41,760 nt of DNA, taken from IMG/VR virus record IMGVR_UViG_3300008255_000217, positions 1-41,760 of that record, one strand, 5' to 3'. Position numbers and translations under genes: made by a program. The notes beneath the pieces were generated by a model, which searched no databases, was not told the DNA's origin, and worked only from the letters and a program-made list of their open reading frames with translations. Source of the DNA: a virus (taxonomy: Duplodnaviria > Caudoviricetes). Shown here piece by piece: positions 20,268 through 28,420 of this stretch (within the stretch, counting starts at the first letter, position 1; the number at the start of each line of letters is the position of its first letter).

Positions 20268-20486
20268 ATGAGCCTCATTCACAATTGGCGGGCAGTGCTT
20301 CGCCGCGCCTGGTCAGTGCGTCTGATGATCATGGCCGGCATCCTTTCAGGATTTGAAGTGGCTCTACCTTTTCTCGACGGGCTCTTGCCGGTCGCGCCTG
20401 GCGTGTTCGCAGCCCTTTCCGCTCTGACAACTGCCGCGGCATTCGTTGCCCGGCTTCTCGCTCAAAAGGACATGGACGATGAGTAA
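20268..20486 (+). CDS. Putative holin
   Basis: ATG after AAGGAG; LIHNWRAVLRRAWSVRL, two hydrophobic segments, upstream of endolysin. Confidence 0.72.
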   Translation: MSLIHNWRAVLRRAWSVRLMIMAGILSGFEVALPFLDGLLPVAPGVFAALSALTTAAAFVARLLAQKDMDDE

Positions 20487-21177
20487 ACGCGCAAAAACCT
20501 TGCTCGCTGGCGGCGCTGCAGGCGTTGTCGCATTGACGGCCGTATTCATGGAACCGTGGGAAGGAACCAAGAACCTTGCCTATTGGGATCATCTCGGAAG
20601 CGTCTGGACCGTCTGCACTGGCGAGACCAAGGGCGTCAAGAAAGGCGACCGCTACACCGACGAGGAATGCGCAAAGATGCTGCGTGCCACGCTGGAGAAG
20701 GATTATCACCAGCCCCTGACAAAGTGCATACCCGGCTTCGATGGCTACCCGATGGGTTGGCAGGTGGCGATGCTCAGCCTGACCTACAACATCGGCACCG
20801 GCGCGGCCTGCAAGTCAACGGCCGCCAGGCGCGCGATCGCCGGTGATCTGGAAGGATCGTGCCAGGCAATGACATGGTTCAACAAGGCCGGCGGCAAAGT
20901 TGTCCGGGGTCTCAAGCTGCGCAGGGAGATGGGAGACGCAACCCGGATCGGAGAGCTCGAGATCTGCCTAGCTGGCCTGGAGATGCCATCGTCGCCGACA
21001 CAAAGTGTACCCGTTCCAGTCCCACGCCCGAATGATGTGGCCAAAAGTTCACAAAAAGGCGCCGAGGACGCGATTGAAGCGCCTGCGGGCAGTCTGATGG
21101 CCGTCGGCATGTTCATCGCTGTTGTGGCGGCCGTTGGCGGACTCATCTTCATCCGTCGTCGGAAGGGTGGCCAGTGA
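20479..21177 (+). CDS. GH24 lysozyme (SAR-type endolysin) with extra C-terminal TM segment
   Basis: WEG...YWD...WTVCTGET catalytic region, SLTYNIG, GLKLRR; Gly/Ala-rich N-terminal hydrophobic stretch. Confidence 0.9.
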   Translation: MSKRAKTLLAGGAAGVVALTAVFMEPWEGTKNLAYWDHLGSVWTVCTGETKGVKKGDRYTDEECAKMLRATLEKDYHQPLTKCIPGFDGYPMGWQVAMLSLTYNIGTGAACKSTAARRAIAGDLEGSCQAMTWFNKAGGKVVRGLKLRREMGDATRIGELEICLAGLEMPSSPTQSVPVPVPRPNDVAKSSQKGAEDAIEAPAGSLMAVGMFIAVVAAVGGLIFIRRRKGGQ

Positions 21178-21413
21178 TGTGGTGGCCTGTTGTCAAATGG
21201 GTGGCTTTGGGCGCTGCGGTTATCTTCATTATCCACCTAATCCGCGCCGACGGCGCACAATCAGTCAAAAATTCTATCGAAAGGCAGAACAATGAAGCCG
21301 CTCAAAATGCTGATTTCACTCGGCTTGATTTTGATGGTTGCGTCGGGGATGACAAGTTGTGGAACTTCGGCGCCGGCAAGTGTGAGCGGGTTACGCAGCG
21401 TGGTCGGGACTGA
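21174..21413 (+). CDS. Putative i-spanin (Rz-like)
   Basis: N-terminal TM segment, follows endolysin, overlapped by lipoprotein gene. Confidence 0.55.
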   Translation: MMWWPVVKWVALGAAVIFIIHLIRADGAQSVKNSIERQNNEAAQNADFTRLDFDGCVGDDKLWNFGAGKCERVTQRGRD

Positions 21414-21546
21414 CCTCAAGGGCGCCAAGGGCCTCACTCCGAACGATCAGCGCAAGATCGACAGGACAGTTGTCGGGATCTGCGCAGCCGACATCTGGAC
21501 ACGGGCGGAATGCGCTGAACACGGCCGACAGAGCCGCACACAGTAA
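21292..21546 (+). CDS. Putative o-spanin lipoprotein (Rz1-like)
   Basis: Signal peptide with lipobox-like MTS-C, overlapping previous gene in another frame. Confidence 0.6.
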   Translation: MKPLKMLISLGLILMVASGMTSCGTSAPASVSGLRSVVGTDLKGAKGLTPNDQRKIDRTVVGICAADIWTRAECAEHGRQSRTQ

Positions 21547-21664
21547 GCGGGCCGAGCGGAGATGCGACCTTCCGCGCGGCCCTGACCAAACAAGCCTAAC
21601 AAGGAGGCCGGAATGGCTGCGGTGATGAGTATCAGGACAGGGGTAAAACAATGGTGAACCCCTC

Positions 21665-22039
21665 ATGAGCGAGAACACGATTGAATTCATGCTCGGTAAG
21701 CTGAGCAATGGAGTGGAGTCGATCGGAAAGCAGGTCCACGAAATTCGATCGGATATGAAAGACGCGCAAGACAAGGCTGATGTGAGCCGTGCGAATGTGC
21801 ACCGTCGCCTTGATGAGTATGGCACCCGGACCGGCCACTTGGAGGGGGCAATCAAGAGACTTGGCGGGGAAGTCGGTGAGATGAAAGCAGTCACCGACGA
21901 TGTGATCGCTATGCGCCAACAGGCTCAGGGTGCCGGTACGCTTGGCCATGCGCTGCTGCGCGTCGGTGGGTGGGTGCTTGCGACCGCTGGGTGGTTTGTC
22001 GGGGTCTATACCTACTGGACAGGCCGTCCGCCGCCCTGA
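21665..22039 (+). CDS. Coiled-coil protein with C-terminal TM helix (DUF1515-like)
   Basis: SRANVHRRLDE, GAGTLG then hydrophobic helix. Confidence 0.6.
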   Translation: MSENTIEFMLGKLSNGVESIGKQVHEIRSDMKDAQDKADVSRANVHRRLDEYGTRTGHLEGAIKRLGGEVGEMKAVTDDVIAMRQQAQGAGTLGHALLRVGGWVLATAGWFVGVYTYWTGRPPP

Positions 22040-22144
22040 CCGAATTCGCCGCATTCCGCGGCGTCTGCCCGCCGGTGCTGACCGGCATGTCCAGTCGAAC
22101 TCGTCGGGTTGGCTGCAATCTGCCTGACACGTTCCATTAAAATG

Positions 22145-22179
22145 AGCACCGCTGTCCTCACGGATGGCGGGGCTTTTTT
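22145..22179 (+). terminator. Intrinsic terminator ending late operon
   Basis: CCGCTGTCC-TCAC-GGATGGCGG stem followed by GGCTTTTTT. Confidence 0.75.
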
Positions 22180-22186
22180 GCGTTCA

Positions 22187-22216
22187 TTGACCTTGGTTGT
22201 CGATCAGGGGTAGTTT
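22187..22216 (+). promoter_or_regulatory. Putative sigma70 promoter of moron
   Basis: TTGACC-N18-TAGTTT between terminator and ATG 22252. Confidence 0.45.
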
Positions 22217-22251
22217 TGCGAAGGGGCAAGTTTTGAAGGATTCAAACTGAA

Positions 22252-23109
22252 ATGCAAAAGTGGTTGGTCTTATCAAACTGCCAAACGGTAGGTCTCGCAA
22301 ATTGCCTCACGTTGATGACAAAGGGGATCGAGATCACAGGGTTCAACGCCAATCAATTCGGGCGAGATCTCGACAACATCAACGCCAGTATCCCGGGGTT
22401 TGACCGAGTTATCGTGCATAGGACGGCTGAGAGCGTTCCTGGTGCACGTATTGACACAGCCAGGCTTATCAACCGGGTGCCGTCTATAGAATTCCGCGCC
22501 TATCACCCAGACACGACATTCGCATTTATTGGTCCTCACTATCTCCAGGGGCCGATGAACGCGAATCATTCGCTGATTCTCCTCGCGGCGCACGAGCTCG
22601 GCATAGGCGCGGATGACGCGATCAAGCTCTTCTGTCCGGAGGTCTTTGGAGCATGTGGTTATTTTGACCTCTGGGAAATGGAGCGAGACGCGATGCTCAG
22701 GCCCTTTGATGCCGCAGGCATAAGCTTGCATGACACGGCGCTCAGGTGGGGCAGGCATGAGCCATTCATGCATACATTCAATCACCCGAAAATTCGCTGC
22801 CTATTCGATCTCGCGGATGCGTTCCTAAGTTCGGTTGATGTGCCGCATTCAAGAGTGGACCTGCTTCCTGTCGATAATCTTGTTTTCGGGCCATGTTACC
22901 CTGTCTACCCGGCCATCGCCGAGCGATACGGGGTCTCAGGCAGCTATGATTTCAAGCCGCAATCAGGATATTCCGTGATTGGCCTTAGAGAATTTGTGGT
23001 TGGCAGCCTGGATGTCTATCGCGCTCATCCCGTGGGATCGATAAAGCCGGACGCAGCGGTGCAAGCCAGGTTCGATCTGGTCAAGCATGTGATTCAGGAG
23101 TTTATATGA
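22252..23109 (+). CDS. WcbI-like polysaccharide biosynthesis/acetylation protein
   Basis: N-terminal SNCQ, FRAYHPD, FMHTFNHPK motifs. Confidence 0.72.
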   Translation: MQKWLVLSNCQTVGLANCLTLMTKGIEITGFNANQFGRDLDNINASIPGFDRVIVHRTAESVPGARIDTARLINRVPSIEFRAYHPDTTFAFIGPHYLQGPMNANHSLILLAAHELGIGADDAIKLFCPEVFGACGYFDLWEMERDAMLRPFDAAGISLHDTALRWGRHEPFMHTFNHPKIRCLFDLADAFLSSVDVPHSRVDLLPVDNLVFGPCYPVYPAIAERYGVSGSYDFKPQSGYSVIGLREFVVGSLDVYRAHPVGSIKPDAAVQARFDLVKHVIQEFI

Positions 23110-24161
23110 TGAGCAACCCTTATTCAGGTCTGCAGGATTATCAGTTCTGGCGGCGAAGCGTTTCGCGTGTTGAGCCTCATCGCCTGGATCCAGTTGTCGC
23201 GCCAAAGTTCTCGATCGAGAAATCAGATCTTGTCGCGACGGCCGGGAGTTGCTTCGCGCAACACATTTCCCGAAAGCTGAGCCAGATCGGGTTCTCGTAT
23301 TACGTCCCCGAAGACGGAGAAGGGATTGCTGCAACTGAACGCAGCGCACGGAACTTCGGTGTTTTCTCTGCCAGGTACGGCAACATCTACACCACGCACC
23401 AACTTCTGCAGTTGTTCTCTGAGGCTGTGGTGGGGCGGAAGCCTCATGATCTTGCGTGGCAAAGGTCAGATGGGCGGTACGTCGATCCATTCCGCCCGCA
23501 GGTGGAGCCTGAGGGGTTCAGCACGCAGGATGAGGTTGTGGCGGCCCGGCAGGAACACCTCGCCAAAGTTCGAGATGTATTCCTGAAATCGAACGTGTTG
23601 ATCTTCACGCTTGGCCTGACAGAGTCATGGCGTTCGAAAGTCGATCATTCGGTTTTCCCACTCGCGCCAGGTGTTGCTGGTGGAAGCTTTGATGAGACTG
23701 TTCATGAGTACGTCAATTTCGGCGTTGATGAGGTGTTCGAAAGCCTCAATAACTTCCTGACCCTGTTGAAAGGCGTTAACCCCGAAGTCAAAGTGCTGCT
23801 TACTGTATCCCCGGTTCCGCTGATTGCGACCTATGAGGACCGGCATGTCATCGTCTCTACAGTCTACAGCAAGTCGGTCCTGCGGGTAGCCGCAGAAATG
23901 GCAACGAAGGGGCGCGATTGGGTTGACTATTTTCCGTCATACGAAATCATCACGTCGAGCGCATCAGGTGGCGCATATTATGCGGAAGACTATCGGGAAG
24001 TGACGCCGGTTGGCGTTGCGCATGCAATGCGCTGCTTTGTCAATCATTATGCAGGGGAGGGGCAGCAGCAACCTGCCCCGATCGACCCGGATTTGCAACG
24101 CCTTCGCGATGAAGCTACCGGGGTTGTGTGTGACGAGGAAGCGCTTGACGCCATAGGCTAG
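23106..24161 (+). CDS. GSCFA-family (SGNH-like) protein
   Basis: TAGSCFAQHI, FTLGLTESW, LTVSPVPL, SKSVLR, YFPSYEI. Confidence 0.92.
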   Translation: MMSNPYSGLQDYQFWRRSVSRVEPHRLDPVVAPKFSIEKSDLVATAGSCFAQHISRKLSQIGFSYYVPEDGEGIAATERSARNFGVFSARYGNIYTTHQLLQLFSEAVVGRKPHDLAWQRSDGRYVDPFRPQVEPEGFSTQDEVVAARQEHLAKVRDVFLKSNVLIFTLGLTESWRSKVDHSVFPLAPGVAGGSFDETVHEYVNFGVDEVFESLNNFLTLLKGVNPEVKVLLTVSPVPLIATYEDRHVIVSTVYSKSVLRVAAEMATKGRDWVDYFPSYEIITSSASGGAYYAEDYREVTPVGVAHAMRCFVNHYAGEGQQQPAPIDPDLQRLRDEATGVVCDEEALDAIG

Positions 24162-24295
24162 TTCATTTTGCTTTTGAGGTACTCATGCTGCTTGAGCTTG
24201 GCGTTCTCGACCGCTCTGTCGTAAGCTTGCATTAGTTCTGACTTTTGGGGGCCGGCTTTCTCTGATGGTTGATCGTCTGACTTACTGTCGGTCAT
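24158..24295 (-). CDS. 45-aa hypothetical protein (MTDSKSDDQP...KSKMN)
   Basis: AGGAG RBS, follows 24305-24592 in same operon; stop overlaps GSCFA stop; below ORF-track cutoff. Confidence 0.5.
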   Translation of the reverse strand: MTDSKSDDQPSEKAGPQKSELMQAYDRAVENAKLKQHEYLKSKMN

Positions 24296-24304
24296 GGCCT
24301 GCTC

Positions 24305-24592
24305 CTATTCAGTGACGATTGGAATAAGCTTGTACGTCCCATTCGGGAGAATGTTTGAACCATATTCAATCCGTGCCTGGCTTCTGGCCTGCTCTGCCGG
24401 AGAGGGTGCAGGGTACTCCGGAGTTTCTTCGCCCGTGATGTCCTTGTGCATCGCCTTGATCCTTGCTTGGTCGGCTTCTTCGTCAGCCCCGTCGCCGCCT
24501 GTTTGGCCTTGAACGAACATGCTATCCCAATACGCAGCGCGAAGGATCGCGATCAAGGTTGCCTTGTCTACCGTAACGGTTTCGCCTGCCAT
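24305..24592 (-). CDS. Hypothetical protein
   Basis: AGGAGAG RBS, 95 aa, in leftward operon. Confidence 0.6.
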   Translation of the reverse strand: MAGETVTVDKATLIAILRAAYWDSMFVQGQTGGDGADEEADQARIKAMHKDITGEETPEYPAPSPAEQARSQARIEYGSNILPNGTYKLIPIVTE

Positions 24593-24601
24593 GCCACTCT
24601 C

Positions 24602-24835
24602 CTAATTGGTTGGCCAATTACCGCTGCACATCCTAACGGCGCCAAAAGCTTTCGTCGCTTGGTCGAGTGACGATGAGGCAGCGGCATTTAGGTAGCGTTC
24701 TGAGCAACGATCGTAACTTGTTGGCTTGAAATAGATCGCCGCCCCTATGATAAGTGATCCCCCTAATATCGCGAGCGCTACTTGATTGATGTTCCACTGG
24801 ACACCGTCGCTCATATCCCTCTCAGGTGTCGCCAT
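24602..24835 (-). CDS. Small membrane protein
   Basis: MATPERDM... with TM segment VALAILGGSLIIGAAIYF and a Cys pair; start coupled to upstream stop. Confidence 0.55.
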   Translation of the reverse strand: MATPERDMSDGVQWNINQVALAILGGSLIIGAAIYFKPTSYDRCSERYLNAAASSSLDQATKAFGAVRMCSGNWPTN

Positions 24836-25134
24836 TACATGCTCTTTGCTTTCGCGGCCTGAGAAGGTGGCCCATCGATCCACTTTGAGACGAAGCCCAT
24901 TTTTTCCTTTGTGTGGTAATCCTTGATTACGTAGGTAGCGCCAGTTTTCAACATGACTTTTGTCATGTCCTTGGCTTCGTCACGCTTATGGCAGTCGATT
25001 GGGCAGGTGTTAAGGGTGAGAACCTTAACCGCCTCATCGATCGTTTCAAACCCGCCGTGGATCGTTTCTCTAATGTCGCCTTCTGACGACATCGATTCCT
25101 TAAAGATACCGTACACCTCTTGGGCTCCATTCAT
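24835..25134 (-). CDS. Hypothetical protein
   Basis: 99 aa, ATGA overlap with upstream gene. Confidence 0.55.
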   Translation of the reverse strand: MNGAQEVYGIFKESMSSEGDIRETIHGGFETIDEAVKVLTLNTCPIDCHKRDEAKDMTKVMLKTGATYVIKDYHTKEKMGFVSKWIDGPPSQAAKAKSM

Positions 25135-25574
25135 TTGCCGCCGAAGCGGGTTGCCAGCTGGCCGCGCGACAGGCGAACACCAGTCTCGGCCTCAATGCGT
25201 TCGGCCACCTGCTTGCGGGTCAGCGCCTTGTTGTCATAGAGCGCCTGCGCCCACTTTATTTTGTCAGCGGGGATCTCGCCTTTCAGCTTCGGCCCGCGCT
25301 TCTGTAATTCCTTTTCAGGCACATGAACCGTTGCGCCCGCTGCCTCTATGGCCTTGCGCATCTGGTTCGCCTTGGCTCCTGGGCCTAGATCGCTCAACTG
25401 GATCATGACCACGACCACGCCGGGGCGGCACGTCGCCAGCATGGCGGAAAGCTCCGCGCGATCGTTCTTTTTGCCATCAATAAAAACCTTCCCCGGCTCA
25501 AACTCAAAACCGAGTTTGCGAAGTTCGCGGTCGCTGCGATCAAAGCCATAGGCGATATAAACATCTTTTGTCAT
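25131..25574 (-). CDS. Degenerate serine resolvase-like protein with C-terminal HTH
   Basis: KVFID...DRAELSAMLATCRPGVVVVMIQLSDLG resembles resolvase core; RGPK...LTRKQVA HTH; YxRVS motif absent. Confidence 0.6.
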   Translation of the reverse strand: MTKDVYIAYGFDRSDRELRKLGFEFEPGKVFIDGKKNDRAELSAMLATCRPGVVVVMIQLSDLGPGAKANQMRKAIEAAGATVHVPEKELQKRGPKLKGEIPADKIKWAQALYDNKALTRKQVAERIEAETGVRLSRGQLATRFGGK

Positions 25575-25740
25575 GCGCCCGTTGTACGCCATTTATGTTC
25601 ATATTTTCAATAGCACGATGTTTACACGCATGTCCATATTTATACATATGAAATGCACGAATTGATTATTGACTTTTGCGCGAATTTCTGACGGTATTGT
25701 TGGCAGATTGAAAATCACGCAAGGGACATCGGATTTCACC

Positions 25741-25904
25741 CTAGCCATGCGATCCGGAACACATCGGAAACCGCATGGCTAATTTGCAAAATTAAGCTAT
25801 TGAAATATAAGCTTTATGCAAGTCCCTCCGGGCCCACCATTCACTTTCTAAATCAATAGGTTGTGAGGCGATTAGCCAGGGTTAGCCATTGGGCGGCTAG
25901 CCAT
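25741..25904. repeat. Putative integrase arm-type sites (TAGCCA repeats)
   Basis: CTAGCCAT ~25741, inverted ATGGCTAA ~25776, TTAGCCAG ~25872, TTAGCCAT ~25882, CTAGCCAT ~25897 flanking the core. Confidence 0.6.
25819..25839 (+). other. attP core, copy of a tRNA 3' end
   Basis: CAAGTCCCTCCGGGCCCACCA = half T-arm + acceptor strand + CCA, ~60 bp past the integrase stop, AT-rich flanks. Confidence 0.8.
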
Positions 25905-27024
25905 CGTTGAACATGGACATGACCTTGTCCATAGCGTCGACGGCAAGCAGCAGGGATTCGGCGTCTCGTGAGTAGAGCTCGGCGTGGGCGATGGTGTCGT
26001 GGCCGAGGATGGTCATCAGCTGGCGGGTCGATGCGCCGCCTTCGGCAAGGCGCTTGCCCAGCGTCTTTCTCAGGCCGTGGATGGTGCAGCCTTTTTGCAT
26101 GCCGGCAGATCGCGTCCAGTCGGCCATGCGGCCGGTCAATGATTTTTCCGAAAACGGTTTGCCATAGGCAGTGACGACGATCTCGGCTATGCCCGCCGGA
26201 GCGTTTTCGCGGGCGGCGTCGAGCGCTGCGGTCAAGGGCGGGGCCTCCGGCACGAACAGGTATTTACCGGTCTTGTGCTGGATCATCTCAAAACCGCGAA
26301 CAATGCGCGGCTGGCCGTTGTGGGTGAGGCTGCGGGTGGTCCGATCCGACCATTTGAGCGGTGCGATGTCGGAGCGGCGGTTGCCGAGCCATAGCGCAAT
26401 CTCGAACACGAGGCGCGGGGTGGTGCCTACCGGCCAGCGGCTGGTGAAGGATGCGATGTCGGCGGGGGTCCATGCGCGCCAGCCACCATAGGCCGGGCGG
26501 CAGGAAATGCGCGCCGACGGGTCGTGGTCAATCCATTCCTCGTCAAGCGCCACGGTGATCATCTTGCGGATGGCGACCAGCAGATGCTTGGCCTTGTGCG
26601 GCGTGGCTGAATGATCGGCAAGGATCTGGTTGATGTGCCGGCGCTTGAGGTCGGCCATCGGCGCATCCGCCCAGGTCAGGCTTGAGCCGTGCGCGATCGG
26701 GGTTTCGAGAAGCCGTGTGGCGAGGCTGTCATTCTTCTGTCGGGTCAGCGGGCTTGCCGCCTTCCATTTTGCCGATCGCTTCCAGCGCGCCCAGGCATCG
26801 GCCATGGTGCCGGTGGTGTGGCGCTGGGGGAAGTGCGCGAGGTTTGCGCGGGTTGACGGCTGCGCCTGGCCAGTGCGGGCGGCTTCATAGGCTGCATCAA
26901 AGCCGGGTTCGCCGGGCTGGCCGCGCAGTGAAACGGTGCGGCCGCCATAGCGGAAGCGCCAGCGTGTGGCGCCGTTGCGATCTTTGAAAGAGGATATGCC
27001 GGGATAGTCATCATGGGTGGCCAT
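25897..27024 (-). CDS. int: Tyrosine integrase
   Basis: GNRRSD (R), HKTG (K), HGLRK (HxxR), LGH and LYSR (Y). Confidence 0.95.
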   Translation of the reverse strand: MATHDDYPGISSFKDRNGATRWRFRYGGRTVSLRGQPGEPGFDAAYEAARTGQAQPSTRANLAHFPQRHTTGTMADAWARWKRSAKWKAASPLTRQKNDSLATRLLETPIAHGSSLTWADAPMADLKRRHINQILADHSATPHKAKHLLVAIRKMITVALDEEWIDHDPSARISCRPAYGGWRAWTPADIASFTSRWPVGTTPRLVFEIALWLGNRRSDIAPLKWSDRTTRSLTHNGQPRIVRGFEMIQHKTGKYLFVPEAPPLTAALDAARENAPAGIAEIVVTAYGKPFSEKSLTGRMADWTRSAGMQKGCTIHGLRKTLGKRLAEGGASTRQLMTILGHDTIAHAELYSRDAESLLLAVDAMDKVMSMFNDG

Positions 27025-27085
27025 GGCGCACCCTATAGCGGCGGATTTGCGCTTGGCAAGCCTGTGCGGGGCGATGTGGCCGGGC

Positions 27086-27334
27086 TCACGCGCTGCCCTG
27101 CTGCGCCATGTCGATCATGTTGACGCGGGCTTCGGGCAGGTCGTTGAAGGCCATGTCGAGGGCAAAGCGGTCCCAGATCACCCGGCCATCAACACGCTTG
27201 GGCCGGGGCATGGCGCCGCGGGTGACCAAATCATCGAACTTGGTAGAGGATACGCCGACATAGCGCGCTGCGTCGTCACGGCTCAGCCCGCGGGGTGGAT
27301 AGGCAATCGCATCGGGGCGGGGTGTCCGGCTCAT
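27086..27334 (-). CDS. Excisionase/AlpA-like HTH protein
   Basis: PRGLSRDDAARYVGVS...MPRPKRVDGRVIWD; upstream of int. Confidence 0.8.
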   Translation of the reverse strand: MSRTPRPDAIAYPPRGLSRDDAARYVGVSSTKFDDLVTRGAMPRPKRVDGRVIWDRFALDMAFNDLPEARVNMIDMAQQGSA

Positions 27335-28416
27335 GGCTGTGGTGGCTCCGGCATTGCGTTGTGTTCGCGTCCATCAAGTTCCCGGCCTGCGGCTTTGGTT
27401 CCGAGTTTCAGCCATGCAGGGCCATCCGGGGCCATGTCGACGTCGAACCAATCAAACTGATCCTTGTTCTGAATAAAGCGGCTTGCCCGCGGGTGCTGTG
27501 CATTGAACCAGATGCGATCTCCATGATCTTCGGCATCGCCAGACAGATGCTCGCCCCATTGCTTGAAAAAGAACGGGACCCTTGCAGCAACGCATTGATC
27601 GCGGATATCGCGTGCCCAGTCCGGGTGCATGGGCCGTGCGCCCTTGCCGGACTCGCCGCCGACGATCACCCAGTCCAAGGTGTTGTCCTTCCATGGCTCG
27701 AGCTCCACCTCTTCAAACGGTTCTTCGCAATACAAGGCGCTCATGTGCTGATCGCCGGGGTTGTCGTCCGCGATCGTGAGGTCGGCGAGATCCAGCGGCC
27801 CGAGCAGCGGCTCGGCGCTGATAAAGCGGATGGCTGCCGGGGTCGCCAAAAGATCTGGAATGCGCTCGTCGGCGCGGGTCTGGTCCTCAACGCTGACGCC
27901 AAGCCAGACATTGGGAAGGGGCCACCAATGAGCGCCCGGTTCGACATGCGGCAATGGCCCGACCGGCAACTTGTCAGTGCGAAGAGGTTGAACCGCATCG
28001 GCTATCCTGCCTATCGCTTCATCGAGATAGCCTCGCATCCGCGCCGATCGCTTGGTCAGCACCTGGAATGTGTGCTGCGGGCAGAGCGCCATGATGGCGA
28101 ATATCCGGTCGATTACCTCGTCGGGTACGTTCTCGTGGAACAGGTCGGACATCGAGTTGACGAAGAACATGGTCGGCTTCTTCGTGCGCAGCGGCTTGAG
28201 AAAAGCCGTGTCGCCGGCGATTCCGATCTTGCCAGTCCAGACATAGCCGCCTTTCGATGGCTGCACGGTGCCGTGATACTGCTGTGTGGCCGGGTTCTTC
28301 GACAGCCGCGGCGCGGTCCTGCGCATGGCGTAGCAATTGGTGCAACCGGGCGAGACGACAGAGCAGCCGACGATCGGGTTCCATGTCTCTTCGGTCCATT
28401 GGATCTTGGTGGTCAT
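27331..28416 (-). CDS. Phage Gp37/Gp68 (DUF5131) family protein
   Basis: TKIQWTEETWNPIVGCSVVSPGCTNCYA, FVNSMSDLFHE, FISAEPLLG, WVIVGGESG, FFFKQWG. Confidence 0.92.
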   Translation of the reverse strand: MTTKIQWTEETWNPIVGCSVVSPGCTNCYAMRRTAPRLSKNPATQQYHGTVQPSKGGYVWTGKIGIAGDTAFLKPLRTKKPTMFFVNSMSDLFHENVPDEVIDRIFAIMALCPQHTFQVLTKRSARMRGYLDEAIGRIADAVQPLRTDKLPVGPLPHVEPGAHWWPLPNVWLGVSVEDQTRADERIPDLLATPAAIRFISAEPLLGPLDLADLTIADDNPGDQHMSALYCEEPFEEVELEPWKDNTLDWVIVGGESGKGARPMHPDWARDIRDQCVAARVPFFFKQWGEHLSGDAEDHGDRIWFNAQHPRASRFIQNKDQFDWFDVDMAPDGPAWLKLGTKAAGRELDGREHNAMPEPPQP

Positions 28417-28420
28417 TGTG

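Noticed and set aside
25819-25839. Second tRNA gene
   Set aside because: Only the 3' 21 nt are present; no D or anticodon arm upstream, so treated as attP core
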